A stretch of 64,000 nt of DNA from assembly GCA_963787175.1 (NCBI GenBank), contig CAWBCA010000016.1:172113-236112 (forward strand), given 5' to 3'. The stretch comes from an uncultured Acidobacteriota bacterium (GTDB lineage: Bacteria > Acidobacteriota > Vicinamibacteria > Vicinamibacterales > 2-12-FULL-66-21). The position numbers and the translations under genes were made by a program. Positions 1 through 10,530 of the stretch are shown here, one piece after another. Numbering within the stretch: the stretch's first letter is position 1; every line of letters starts with the position of its first letter. The notes beneath the pieces are model-generated. The model had not been told where the DNA came from. It made no database searches and worked only from the letters and a program-made list of their open reading frames with translations.

Positions 1-1270
1 CCGGACAGCACGACGGGGTTGGGCGCCTTCGTGTCCCGCAGCCGGGTGTAGAGGCGCTGACGGGATGCCGCGTAGCCGTCCCACTTGTCCATGGAGAACT
101 GCGCGTTCGGCGCGGCGCGCACCATGTTGCGGGCGAACGTGGGCACCTGCTGGCCGATCACCGTCCACGTCGCCTTGGCGGTGCCCAGCTGTTCGAACAG
201 CCACCGCTCCTGCTCCGTTCCCAGGATGGTGCGCGACGGTTCGCCAGCCGCGGCGCAGCCGGTCGAGGCCACGCCGTTACACGCCTGGTCGGAACGGAAC
301 TGTCGCGTGTCGAGCGCGCTCAGGTCGACGAGGCTTCCGAAATGCAGTCGCCGGAACAGGCGCATCCCGGGCCCTGCCGGCAGCATCGACGCCCTGAGCG
401 GCATGTTCTCGAAGTACGCCTGGTAGGCCGCGGCGCGGCGGAGCAGGAAGAGCCCGGGCGGAGTGTCCTGCTCATCGGTCTCCCCCGCGTAGTCGTTGTC
501 CACCTCGTGGTCGTCCCATGTGCAGATGAACGGGGCGGACGCATGCGCCGCCCTCAGGTCGGGATCGCTCTTGTAGAGTGCGTACCGGTTGCGGTAGTCG
601 ACGAGCGTGTAGATCTCGTCACCACGGTGCTGGCGGACGAGGAGCGGGTTCTTTCCGCCGTCGGCGCGTCCCTCGTAGATGTAGTCGCCGGTATGGAACA
701 CGAAGTCGAACTGCTCGGCGGCGATGCGGCGGTACGCGGTGAAGTAGCCGGTCTCGTAGTGGCTGCACCCGCAGACGCCGAACCGCAGACGATCCACCGG
801 GGCGTTCTCGGGCGGCGCGGTCCTGGTGCGGCCGACCTGGCTGACCTCGTTGCCCGCGTGGAAGCGGTACCAGGTACTCGCGGCCCGGCTCCAGCCCACG
901 CACGTCGACATGCACGCTGTGACCGAGCTCAGGTCTGGCGACGGCGCGGCCTGTCAGGGCTACGGTTCGAAATGCACGGTCTGCTGCGACTTCCCAGCCG
1001 ACCTCCACGTTCGCCATCGGCATGCCGCCGCCCTCCAGCGGATCCGGCGCGAGCCGGGTCCAGAGGACGACGCCGTCGGGCCACGGATCGCCGGAGGCGA
1101 CGCCGAGCGGGAAGGGGAAACCTCGGAACAGCGGCTGGGCGAGTACCCGGCTGGACGCGGCGGGCGGCACGAGCGCGGCCAGGCCGAGCTTCCACGCGAT
1201 GTTCAGGAGCTCGCGGCGGGAGAGCCGGCTCAGGGCTCGATCGTACAAACCGGATCGTGTCGGTCATCAT
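1..1270 (-). CDS. phoD: Alkaline phosphatase D (PhoD) family protein with Tat signal; partial (runs off left edge), indel-frameshifted
   Basis: SRRELL twin-Arg leader, FPLGVASGDPWPDGVVLWTRLAP, PELGHSVHVDV; other frames give CSHYETGYF, HTGDYIYE, WDDHEVDNDY, LDTRQFR motifs. Confidence 0.9.
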
Positions 1271-1346
1271 GGCGCCTCGGGCGACGCCGGTTGCGCGGTG
1301 GTCGCGTCCGTGCGTCGCCGATGCGCAGCATTCTATCGTCGCGGCG

Positions 1347-1713
1347 TCACTGCATGCGAGCGCCCGAACGGAGGTTGCGGTAGGCGACGTAGGACAGCGT
1401 GCCGCCGACTGCCGCCTGTCCCCAGAAGACCAGCCGCGGGTGCTTGTCCGCCATGCGCCTGCCCACCAGCGCGTTGACCACGGCCACGCTTCCTTTGGTG
1501 AGGATGAGCCCGGTGGCGTTCCTTGGAAGGAGTCCGTTGGCTTCGGTCCTTCGTCCAGTGCGGATGCGCCAGCGTGGACATCACGTCGGCTCCCTGCGCA
1601 ACCGTGGAAAAGACCAGGGCGCTCCGGGCCTGCGCCGGAGACTGCGCCGATGCGCTGGCAGCGAACAGCACGAGGCCAACGAAGACCGGAAGAACGCGTG
1701 TGCAGCTGATCAT
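1347..1713 (-). CDS. Small secreted/membrane protein (DUF5658-like), one indel near 1545
   Basis: RBS GAGGGAG; signal peptide MISCTRVLPVFVGLVLFAASASA; ADVMST then, after a frame change, EANGLLPRN...KHPRLVFW...YVAYRNLRSGARMQ*. Confidence 0.5.
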
Positions 1714-2097
1714 GATGGCTCCCTCAGAAAGTGCGGCTCGTCTAGTAACGGCAGCGATGCCTGGTGAGCCTGGCGCCGTGGGGGAGGGATGCATTCCACG
1801 GGAGGTGAAAACGCATCCTGGCGTCGGCGCGCAGGCTCGACCTCGATACTCCAATGGCCGTGCCGCAGCCGTCGCAACGACTTAGAGAGGAAACGGCCTG
1901 AATGTCGGCGCGGACGCCACCTTTCTACCGCGCCGTGAGCAGACGCCCCGGTTTCCGGCGCCGCGGCCGGTCGCCGGCGCCGCTCGGTTCAACGGCCCGC
2001 GTCGTTACAGCCATCCGGCGGGGTCCTTTTCCAGCCCTGTTTGACCTGCGCATGTCAGCCCGTCGTGTAGAATCCTCGTGCTTCCAGCGAGGACAAT

Positions 2098-3210
2098 GTG
2101 ACGACCGCCTGCGACCCCCTGCAGCTCCTGGCTGCGATTCCTAACGGCTCCGTGTCCGTGTTCGACCGGGAGCTCCGCTACGTCTACGCGGCAGGCCAGG
2201 GCCTCAACGACGTCGGCCTCCGGCCTGAGCATCTGGTCGGCAGGCTCCTGGCCGAGGTGTTTCCGTCGGACGCGGCCATGCTCGTGGAAGCGGAGTATCG
2301 CCGCGCGTTCAAGGGGGAGTCGGTTGTCTTCGGGCTCCACTATTTCCACCGGACCTACTCGTTGAGCGCCGCGCCGTTCCTGCAGCGGGAGGGCGGCGTG
2401 GACCAGATCATCGTCGTCGCGCAGGACATCACCGTGCTGGGCCCGATGCAGCCGCTCGCACGGCCTGCCGGCGAAGCCGATTCGACAGTCAGGCAGCGGG
2501 ACAACCAGGACCGGTTGATCGCGACGCTCGGCCACGAGCTGCGCAACCCGCTCGGAGCGATGCGCGCGGCCATCGGGGTGATCGAACGGAGCGCCGACCG
2601 GGGGACGCGCGAGCGGGCGCGGGAGGTGATCGAAAGGCAGCTCGTGGCGGCGGATACGCTGATTCAGGATCTCGCCGAGCTCAGCCGCGCTCGTAGAGGC
2701 GTGCTGCGGCTCAAGTTCGCGGAGGTGTGCGTCGATGCGTTGATCGCCGAGGGGAAGGACATGCTCGCACACATGGCGGCGCCCGGCCGCCACCGCATCA
2801 GCGTGTCGCCGGTCGTTCCGGCCGGGCTGCTGGTGAGAGCGGACGCGCAGCGACTGCTGCAGGTGATTACCAACCTGCTCACGAACGCCATCCGCTACAC
2901 GCCGCCGGGCGGCGAGATCGTGATCAGCGCAGAGCAGACAGCCGACGGCGTGAGCATCGAGGTCACCGACTCAGGGAGAGGAATCTCGGCCGAGGAACTG
3001 GAGACGATCTTCGAGCTGTTCCATCGTGGCGACGACGCGGACGGTCATGGCGGATTGGGGCTCGGCCTGTGGGTGGCGAGGGAGATCGTCCTGCTGCACG
3101 GCGGCCGCATCGACGTGTTCAGCGCCGGCGTCGGACATGGAGCCACTTTCACCGTGCGATTGCCGTTCAGTTTGATCATCGGGCCGTCGCCGGACTGCGA
3201 AGACATTTGA
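2098..3210 (+). CDS. PAS-domain sensor histidine kinase
   Basis: PAS_4-like N-terminus (VFDRELRYVYAAG), H-box LGHELRNPL, N-box NLLTNAIRYT, G boxes DSGRGI and GLGLGL. Confidence 0.92.
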   Translation: MTTACDPLQLLAAIPNGSVSVFDRELRYVYAAGQGLNDVGLRPEHLVGRLLAEVFPSDAAMLVEAEYRRAFKGESVVFGLHYFHRTYSLSAAPFLQREGGVDQIIVVAQDITVLGPMQPLARPAGEADSTVRQRDNQDRLIATLGHELRNPLGAMRAAIGVIERSADRGTRERAREVIERQLVAADTLIQDLAELSRARRGVLRLKFAEVCVDALIAEGKDMLAHMAAPGRHRISVSPVVPAGLLVRADAQRLLQVITNLLTNAIRYTPPGGEIVISAEQTADGVSIEVTDSGRGISAEELETIFELFHRGDDADGHGGLGLGLWVAREIVLLHGGRIDVFSAGVGHGATFTVRLPFSLIIGPSPDCEDI

Positions 3211-3430
3211 TGCTCAAATCTGCACAGTGAATGACGCAAATTGGATAGCACCTGAACAATTCGGCGCAAAAGACCGCTTGCACCCCGCCAGTCTGTGATA
3301 TAGCAGGCACACACTAAGTAGCTGGTCACCGACCGCACTTTCATCATGCTTCCGAGCCTGCGCGGTTCCCGCGCCAGGCCGGAGGTGACGGAGAGGTGCT
3401 GGCTGCGTTGGGTGAGGGGGCGAGGCTGTT

Positions 3431-4249
3431 ATGAGACGACTCAAATATACGCTCGTCGCGCTGCTGATGGCAGCGCCGGCCAGCGCAGGACCAATCGGGC
3501 TGGGCCCGTGGTTCCCGACGGTCATCCCGGATCTGGAGCTCCACAAATCGGAAGACGAGTGCGGCAATGGCCCCGGCAAGTGCGCCGCTATCTGGCTGAT
3601 CCCGCCCGGTACCGAGCAATTTTCCGGCGGCTTCGGCTACCTCGACTGGACTGATGCGGTCCTCATGTCGTCGCAGACCGACTTCCTCAACGCCCCCGGG
3701 CTGGCATACGACGGTCAGTCCTTCACGTATGACAACGGCCGCGGGTTCGTTTCGAGCTCATGGGGCGGGACACATCAACAGCTGTTCCGTTTGCTCCTGC
3801 CGGGCCTCACGCGCTACTGGCTGTCCGTCGAGGATCTGATAGCGCCGCCCATAATCGACTGGAACGACGCCATCTACACGTGGGACGAACTCATCCCGGG
3901 GGTGGTCCCCGTTGGGGTCCCCTTTGGGGTGGTCCCCCTTGACGTCCCGCCGGTGATCCCTCCGGTGGTCCCCCCAGTGGTCCCGCCAGTGGTCCCGCCG
4001 GTGGTCCCCCCAGTGGTCCCGCCGGTGGTCCCGCCGGTGGTCCCCCCAGTGGTCCCGCCGGTGGTCCCGCCGGTGGTTCCGCCAGTGATCCCGCCGGTGA
4101 TCCCCCCAGTGGTCCCCCCTGACGTCCCTCCGGTGGTGCCCCCTGACGGCCCACCGGCGGTGATTCCTGAGCCCGCCACGGTGTCGCTGGTTGCGATAGG
4201 GCTCGCCGAGATGATCAGGCGCCGGCGGCGCGCGAAGCGTAACGAGTAG
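3431..4249 (+). CDS. PEP-CTERM sorting domain protein with Pro/Val-rich stalk (DUF4114-like motif)
   Basis: Signal peptide; VEDL...DWND motif; C-terminal IPEPATVSLVAIGL + RRRRR. Confidence 0.85.
   Translation: MRRLKYTLVALLMAAPASAGPIGLGPWFPTVIPDLELHKSEDECGNGPGKCAAIWLIPPGTEQFSGGFGYLDWTDAVLMSSQTDFLNAPGLAYDGQSFTYDNGRGFVSSSWGGTHQQLFRLLLPGLTRYWLSVEDLIAPPIIDWNDAIYTWDELIPGVVPVGVPFGVVPLDVPPVIPPVVPPVVPPVVPPVVPPVVPPVVPPVVPPVVPPVVPPVVPPVIPPVIPPVVPPDVPPVVPPDGPPAVIPEPATVSLVAIGLAEMIRRRRRAKRNE
3901..4150 (+). repeat. 12-bp coding tandem repeat (GTGGTCCCGCCG variants) encoding (VVPP)n
   Basis: About 15 VVPP/VIPP units directly visible, plus degenerate flanking units. Confidence 0.95.
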
Positions 4250-4484
4250 CGCAACCTCCTCGAGGCAGGCGGACGAGGCGCGCGCAGGGCACGCCGCGTC
4301 GAGTTTGTTAGCGGAGACTCCGGCGGTGGAAAGCGTGCAGGCCTTGAAGCGGGGAGAATCCGTTCTCCCCGCTCTGGCGTTGAGCGAGGCCGCCGCCGTC
4401 GCGACCACCACCCACAGCGGACCCATCGCCTGCGTCGTCAGCGGGACGACGGTCTGCGTCGAGCCCGTCCTCGTTGCCCTGCCG

Positions 4485-5180
4485 TCAACTGGACGGGGCG
4501 TCCTCTGGTAACGGGTTCGTGGCCGGCGGAACGTGCTCGTAGGCGAAGCGTCCGGCCATCGTGCTGCGGCCGCGCAGGTCCATGTCCATGTCCTGGACGG
4601 GAAGCCCGATTCGGAAACGACGACTGACTCCAATCTCCGCGGGCGATCCCAGCACGCGGCTCAATTTCCCGTCACTCAGCGTCATGGAGCGCCCCTCGGG
4701 GCCCTCCGTCGCGCTGCCTTCTACCTGAATGCGCCGTCCGACCGTGAGCTTCGTGACGCGCCCTTCCCGGTGAAACGTGATCGGTGCCTGTTCCACGCCG
4801 AGCAGCGCCCCCAGCAGACCGGCCAGTTCCTTCAGCGGACCACCGTAGGAACCGCTCAGCGCGCCTGCCAGCGCATCCGTCTGTTCCATCGTTGCGCCGT
4901 CATCGACGAAGATCATCACCCTCTGGTGCGCACCATCCCGGGGCCCTGCATGGTGCGACACGCTCACGGCCCGCCGGCCCGTGACGTCCACACCGTCGAT
5001 GACGCCGCTTTCCACTGCCCATGCGAACACGCCCGTGCAGGTATCCTCATCGGGGCTGTCGCCCGTCCAGCACGGGCAGACCGAAAAGCAGTCGCATGCC
5101 TCGTAGAACTCTCCATCGAACCGGTAAGGCACCTCGCGAGCCTCCGGCTGCGTTGTGTCGTCGTGGTCCTGCTCGATCAC
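4485..5180 (-). CDS. DUF1326 family metal-binding protein
   Basis: GEFYEACDCFSVCPCW...CTGVFAW...IDGVDVTG...VDDGATMEQ..AL...SG..GGP; GTG start overlaps the upstream TGA, with RBS GGAGG. Confidence 0.8.
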   Translation of the reverse strand: MIEQDHDDTTQPEAREVPYRFDGEFYEACDCFSVCPCWTGDSPDEDTCTGVFAWAVESGVIDGVDVTGRRAVSVSHHAGPRDGAHQRVMIFVDDGATMEQTDALAGALSGSYGGPLKELAGLLGALLGVEQAPITFHREGRVTKLTVGRRIQVEGSATEGPEGRSMTLSDGKLSRVLGSPAEIGVSRRFRIGLPVQDMDMDLRGRSTMAGRFAYEHVPPATNPLPEDAPSS

Positions 5181-8100
5181 GGCTTCCTCCGTTTGTTGTC
5201 GCGCGCCGGCGTTGCGCGCTTTCCCCGCGTGTCGGATGAAGGCCTCGTTTCCTGCTCGCGCCCGGCCGCCAGGTCCTGCGGGCTCAAGCCGAACTCGGAC
5301 GCCCCCTGGGTCGAGCGCGCCGGGCCAGGGGCAGACGGCTTTCCGGCAGGACCGGCCGGCGGACCGTGGACCCCACGCTGGCGCGCTTCCTCCAGATCCT
5401 GGGGGCTCAGGCCGAACATCGGGCCGACCATCGGGTGATCGTCCATGGTCATGGCGCGGGTGGCCCGCGGTGGCCCCTCTTCCACCTTGGCAATCGTCGG
5501 CCGCGTCGCAGGGGCGGCGGGAACGCGCCTCGGTGCAGGGCGCTCGGCCGGCGTGCGCCGCACCCGCCGGCAGTACTCCGCCAGGCACTTCTTGACCGTC
5601 GCGGGGTCGAGCCCGATCTCTTCGAGTTTTGCATCGCTCGCGAGGCATTGGAGCAGCCGGCACAACCGCTGGTCCCGGGCGTCCTGTTCCAACTCGGCAT
5701 CGCGATCCGGTGGCGTGCCCGCCGCGAGTGCCGCGGCGGACATGACCCGCTCCCGCGAGAACGGCGTCCCGTGCAGCGTCGTGCCGCGGACACGCAAGCG
5801 GATTCGGTACACGCCCGCGCCGTGCGCTCCGACCGATCCGCGGAACACCTCGTCCTCCCCCGGCGTGAGCGTCGCGCTCGGTGCTCGCCCCGGACGGGCT
5901 CCGGACATCCATCCACACTGCGGCGCGCGTGCTCACCGGCACGCCGTACTCCGTGACGCTGGCGCTGACCTCGAGCCGTTCGCCCGGCGCGACGATACCG
6001 CGAGCCAGTCCGGCCGACACCCGCAGCGTCGAGTACGCGTGCACCAGGAGGTTGTACGGCACGCTTCTGCCCCGTAGCGCCCGCACGAGGTCCGGGTTCT
6101 TCTCGCTGCCGCGCAACATCGCGGCGACCACGTTCGGGTTGAGCGACAGCAGGGCGATCCACTTGCCCGCGTGAATGGTTTTGCCCGGACCGCCGAGCGG
6201 CAATGCCGTCCGGTAGTAGCTGACGTAGCGGCGGCGGACGAACGACATCGCCGGAATCCCCGATGCCGCCCCCGGATCGATGATCGAGCCGTCCGGCGCC
6301 TGGAGGCGGAAGTCGATGAATGGCGAGAGCGGGCTCGTGAGGATCACGTCGCAGCCATAGTCGCCTGGCGCCACCGTGAACGGAATGCGATGCGTCGGGC
6401 CGAGCACCAGGTGTCCCACGGGGTCGACGACAACTTCCGCGCTGGTGATCCCTGCGAGGATCTGCAGGAAATACTTGCTGAGCCGGAACTCCTGGTCCGT
6501 GGTGAGCGCGCCGGTGACCAGCAGGTAGCCGCCGGTACCCTGGGTGAGCGTGTTGAGCGCGGCGGTGCTGATGTTGTTGGCGGTGCCGATGCCGATCGCG
6601 AACGTGTTCGCCGTGATGCTGCCACCGATCGTGTTCACCATCGGCGCGACGTTCTCGATGCCGTCCGTCAGGACGACCACCGATTGCACGTCGTACGGGA
6701 TCGGGGCGCTGGCCTGCGCGTCCGAGAGCGCGTCCTGCGCCTCGACGACGGCCCCGCCAATCGCCGTCAGCCCGCGCGGATCGAGGTCGGTGCCCGCGAG
6801 GATCGCCGCGGCTTGCGCCCGGCCCGAGCCCGGCGTGGGCGGCTGCGGGCCGACGTCGGTCACATCCATCAGCCGCGCGACGATGTCGTCGAAACTGACG
6901 ATGGCGAGACCGTCTCCCTCCAGCATCGTGTCGACGAAGATCTCCACCGCCTCCAGCAGCTTGGCGTGCTTGGTCACGCCGCCGGCGTCGCCCGACATGC
7001 TGCCCGAGCGATCCAGCGCCAGCGCCGCCGCTGTCCTCGGACGGGCGATGGTGTTGGCGGTGAGGGTGATTACCCACTGGTTGACCGTGCCCGTCTGCGC
7101 CACCGTGACGCTGCCGTTCGCGACATCGCCGGCATTTGTCGAGGTGTAGGAGATCCACAGCCGGCCCATCGCCGGTTGCTGTCCATGCTCGGACGGGACG
7201 TTGACCGACGTGCCGAGCGGCGTCAACCCGAACCCGGCCGTTGGTCCAGCCACGATCTCGAACGTGACCGTCTCGCACGAGCGGACTTCGAACACGATCG
7301 CGCGGTAGGTGGTGACGCCGCCGCCGCCAAGCCCCTCGGGCACGTCGGTGAACGCCAGGCTCGGCGTCGTCAGGGTGACATCCGGTTCGTCGGTGTCGTA
7401 CCAATACCCGAGCGGATGGTGATCCTGCATGCTGGCAACCGTGGTGGTGCCGCCCCATGGCTGCATGGAATCAGGAAAGTTGTGGCCGACGGGGCCGGTA
7501 TCACCCGCGACTCCTGCCGGATGGTAGAGCTCGGCCGGGTGCAGCTTCTGCCACTCGCTCCAGAGCCGGTCGATGTTGCAGTGGTGCAGCCAGAACACCG
7601 GATCGTTCGGCGACGTTGCATACAGCATCGTGCCATCCGTTCCGCCGACCCATACGTGCACGCGGTTGTGAATCGACCCGGCGCCGAACCACCCTTCCAG
7701 CCGGTTGCGAAAGGACTGGAGCGTCCCGGAATCGTTCCACGGGTTCTCGTCGTAAGGCAGCTCGGTGAGGCAGTTGGTGAGCTGCGTGGCGGTCGGGAGG
7801 GTGGGAGCGAAGCCGTCGCCGCCGAAGTTCCGCCGCAGGAACGGCAGACCGCCGTCGCCCGGATCGTGCACGGTGATGTCCCAGTTCCCGTCGTCGAAGG
7901 CGAACGGCCCGGTCATCACCTTGTGATTTGCCCCCGTGCCGTCGCCTCCCATTAAGTCCGCATTCCAGATCGACGACGCCCCTGGTGTTGTCCACGGTCC
8001 AGTCCCAGTACGGCAGGTTCACCGACGGATCGATCGCCTGCAGGTCCTGTTCGAACCGCCGCAGATACTCCCGGTGCCAGGGAAGAAACCCCGGCCGGCG

Positions 8101-8271
8101 GTGCGCCCAGGTGTTGCCGCCGGTCATCGAATCCATGTGCGTCTGCACGTAGTCGTCGTAACGGCTCGCCAGGCCGGTCTGGCTGGGGGCCTGCTTCAAC
8201 GCGATGACGGCGTTGACGAACGCCGTCTTCTCGGCGCCGGTGAGGGTGGCCTGATTCTTACGACAGCCCAT
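5177..8271 (-). CDS. Tyrosinase (type-3 copper) - VWA domain fusion protein, ~1030 aa, indels near 7960 and 5880
   Basis: CuA: QTH...AHRRPGFLPWHR, NLPYWDW; CuB: IHNRVHVWVGG...SPNDPVFWLHHCNIDRLW; VWA MIDAS DRSGSM, TAIG, VLTDGIEN; RBS GGAGG. Confidence 0.88.
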
Positions 8272-8952
8272 AGGTCCTCCTGCGGAAGAAAGCCGGCGCG
8301 TGGCCCCGTGGATCCATCTCGAGGCGTCTCTCAGGGGTGGCGCTGTCCGCGGTGAGCGGCGACAACTATCACGCGCTCATATACGTGTCAACTATTTCGG
8401 CATTCTCTCTGATTTGCCTCTATGCAGGCCGGTCAATTCCTTCTATGGGCGAGGCACCCAGTTGTGTAGGGCACGCGCCCTCTCGCCTCACCTCAACCAT
8501 GAGCTATGAACATCCGGTCTTCCTCTTTCTTGATCGTGAACGGGGGGAAGAAACGTGGAGCAGATAGCCTGACGCGGGTTCCCCATGCAGGGCAGTCGAT
8601 GCCCGGCCTGTCAGGGCATTTACCCGACGCTCTTATAGGGGACATCCCATCGAGTTGACCGGATGCTGAAAACCCGTCCTGAACTGCCAAGGGCCAGGCA
8701 CCAATAGCGAAGTCGGCGGCGTGCTTTGCCATCTGCAGTTTGTCGATTTCGGATCAGGGCGGCCTTTTTCAGCGGGCCTGTTGAGGAAGGGGACGGTTCA
8801 ATGAGTCCAGGACCGCCGTGGGGTGCGGTTTGACAGGACCCGGCATTCATGCAAGATTCTGCATCCCGATGAAGGTTGGCCCGCATGTGAGGGTCGCCAG
8901 GCCGCCTGGCTGGCCCATCCCTTGACAACACGTCGATGAGCTCGAGGTGGTC

Positions 8953-9168
8953 ATGTACACGCTGCTCTCGTTGTTGCCGCTGAAACGACTGACCTGCGAA
9001 CAGGCGCCGACGCTCGCGGGCGCGTGGCTGATGGCCGAGCTGTTCTACAAGTTCCACAGCTTTTCACTCGAGGCCGCTGCCTTCCTCGCGACCTGGTTCG
9101 CGATCGATGCTCTCGCCCAGACCGTGATCAGGCCTTTGTTCGGGCATCCGGCGGCGCAGCATGACTGA
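8953..9168 (+). CDS. Small hydrophobic membrane protein (AELFYKFHSF motif)
   Basis: RBS GAGGTGG; MYTLL...AWLMAELFYKFHSFSLEAAAFLATWFAID, two hydrophobic segments. Confidence 0.7.
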   Translation: MYTLLSLLPLKRLTCEQAPTLAGAWLMAELFYKFHSFSLEAAAFLATWFAIDALAQTVIRPLFGHPAAQHD

Positions 9169-9426
9169 CCCGACGGCCGGCGATCCGGCCGCCGATGGCG
9201 TCAGGCGTTGGATGCCGCCTCTGCGGGGAAACCGTTGCACCGCGTTGCACACGCTTCCTCTTAAGTCCTGAACCCGGCCCATGAAGGGTTACCGGCGGAC
9301 ACGGGTTGGAGGCCACCGTCGGCCCCGGGAGCCGTCAAGAGACCGAGCAGGCCCGGGACCCTCATCTGACGAGCCAAACCCGGGATAGATTGCCATGAGC
9401 TCGACCTTGGGCTTCAGTCCGGGTAT

Positions 9427-10398
9427 TCAGCGAAGGATCTGTTTCAGCGCACCGATGACTTCCGCCTGGTGCGTGGCGAGTGTGAAATGGCCAGCCCCTT
9501 CGATGACGAACAAGCGCTTGTTCGGAGCTGAGACTTTGGTGAAATAGGCCTCGACGAGCGGCGTCGGCGCAAAGAGATCGTCCCGACCCTGGATGACATA
9601 GTAGGGAACCTTGAAGCGGACCGCCGTGGTGGGAAGATCCGCGAAGCCCAGTGCCGCGCCGGACGCGATCATGCCGTCGCCGATAGCCCTCATCGTCGTC
9701 TCCGTCACACCGTTAGCCGTGGCGACCTTGCGCATCTCGGCGAACCAGGCCGTATCCGACGGATTCAGGAACGTGCGGATCGGGCGCGACCAGCTGAAAT
9801 ACTCTTTCCCGTTTTTCGGGTCCGGCTTGCCGATCGCTTCGAGCGCGGCCAGTGCGTTCGTATCCCCCTGCTCCTTGTAGCGGCGCTTGAGGAAGTCGAA
9901 CTGAAATCGCACCGTGTCGGCCCATCCGGTCACCTGGCCTGTGCCGACATACGCGTCGAACAGGTCCGGCCGCTGCCGCGCCATTTCTGTCGCGATGAGA
10001 CTGCCCCACGAGTGGCCGAACAGGATCAGCTTCTGCCCGGAAAAGCGCTGGCGGAGCTGCTGGGCGAGATCGATCCCGTCGGCGGTCAGTCTTTCCAGCG
10101 TGACACCGGCCGCGCCGTGTTTCGCGAACGTCTGCCCTGCGCCGCGCTCGTCCCATTGGACCAGGACGAAATCTCTTTCGTAAGGGGCGTAGATCGAGAT
10201 GAAGGGCGACTGAACGTCCCCCGGCCCGCCATGCAAGAGCAGCAGCACAGGTTTCCGGTCATCGTCGCCTCGGATGGTCATCCACTGCTCGATTCCGCCG
10301 ATCCTGACGAAAGAAGCTTCCTCGACCCGCCTGCTCTGCGCCTCGACGCATTCGCTGAGGACAACGGCAACAGCCAGAAGTGGAAGGATCTGTCTCAT
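9427..10398 (-). CDS. Secreted alpha/beta hydrolase (proline iminopeptidase-like)
   Basis: HGGPG, GHSWG nucleophile elbow, QGRDD, GAGH; N-terminal signal. Confidence 0.9.
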   Translation of the reverse strand: MRQILPLLAVAVVLSECVEAQSRRVEEASFVRIGGIEQWMTIRGDDDRKPVLLLLHGGPGDVQSPFISIYAPYERDFVLVQWDERGAGQTFAKHGAAGVTLERLTADGIDLAQQLRQRFSGQKLILFGHSWGSLIATEMARQRPDLFDAYVGTGQVTGWADTVRFQFDFLKRRYKEQGDTNALAALEAIGKPDPKNGKEYFSWSRPIRTFLNPSDTAWFAEMRKVATANGVTETTMRAIGDGMIASGAALGFADLPTTAVRFKVPYYVIQGRDDLFAPTPLVEAYFTKVSAPNKRLFVIEGAGHFTLATHQAEVIGALKQILR

Positions 10399-10530
10399 GT
10401 TGAAGCTCCCGATCTACGCGGCGACGAGCGCACCGACAGGAACGTGATTAGCCACATTCGCCTGCTTACAAAGCACGCTGGATGCCCGGCAATCACGTCG
10501 TATACTCCCTCGCGTCAGGCGGAGAAGTCG

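Noticed and set aside
1849-1866. Sigma54 promoter (minus strand, CGGCACGGCCATTGGA) upstream of the 1347-1713 gene
   Set aside because: The -12 element reads TTGG rather than TTGC; plausible but not supportable.
4485-7952. Single 1155-aa tyrosinase-VWA-DUF1326 fusion as listed in the ORF track
   Set aside because: An indel near 5880 shifts the frame into junk sequence. The true tyrosinase tail is the 5177-5908 frame, and DUF1326 has its own RBS and GTG at 5180.
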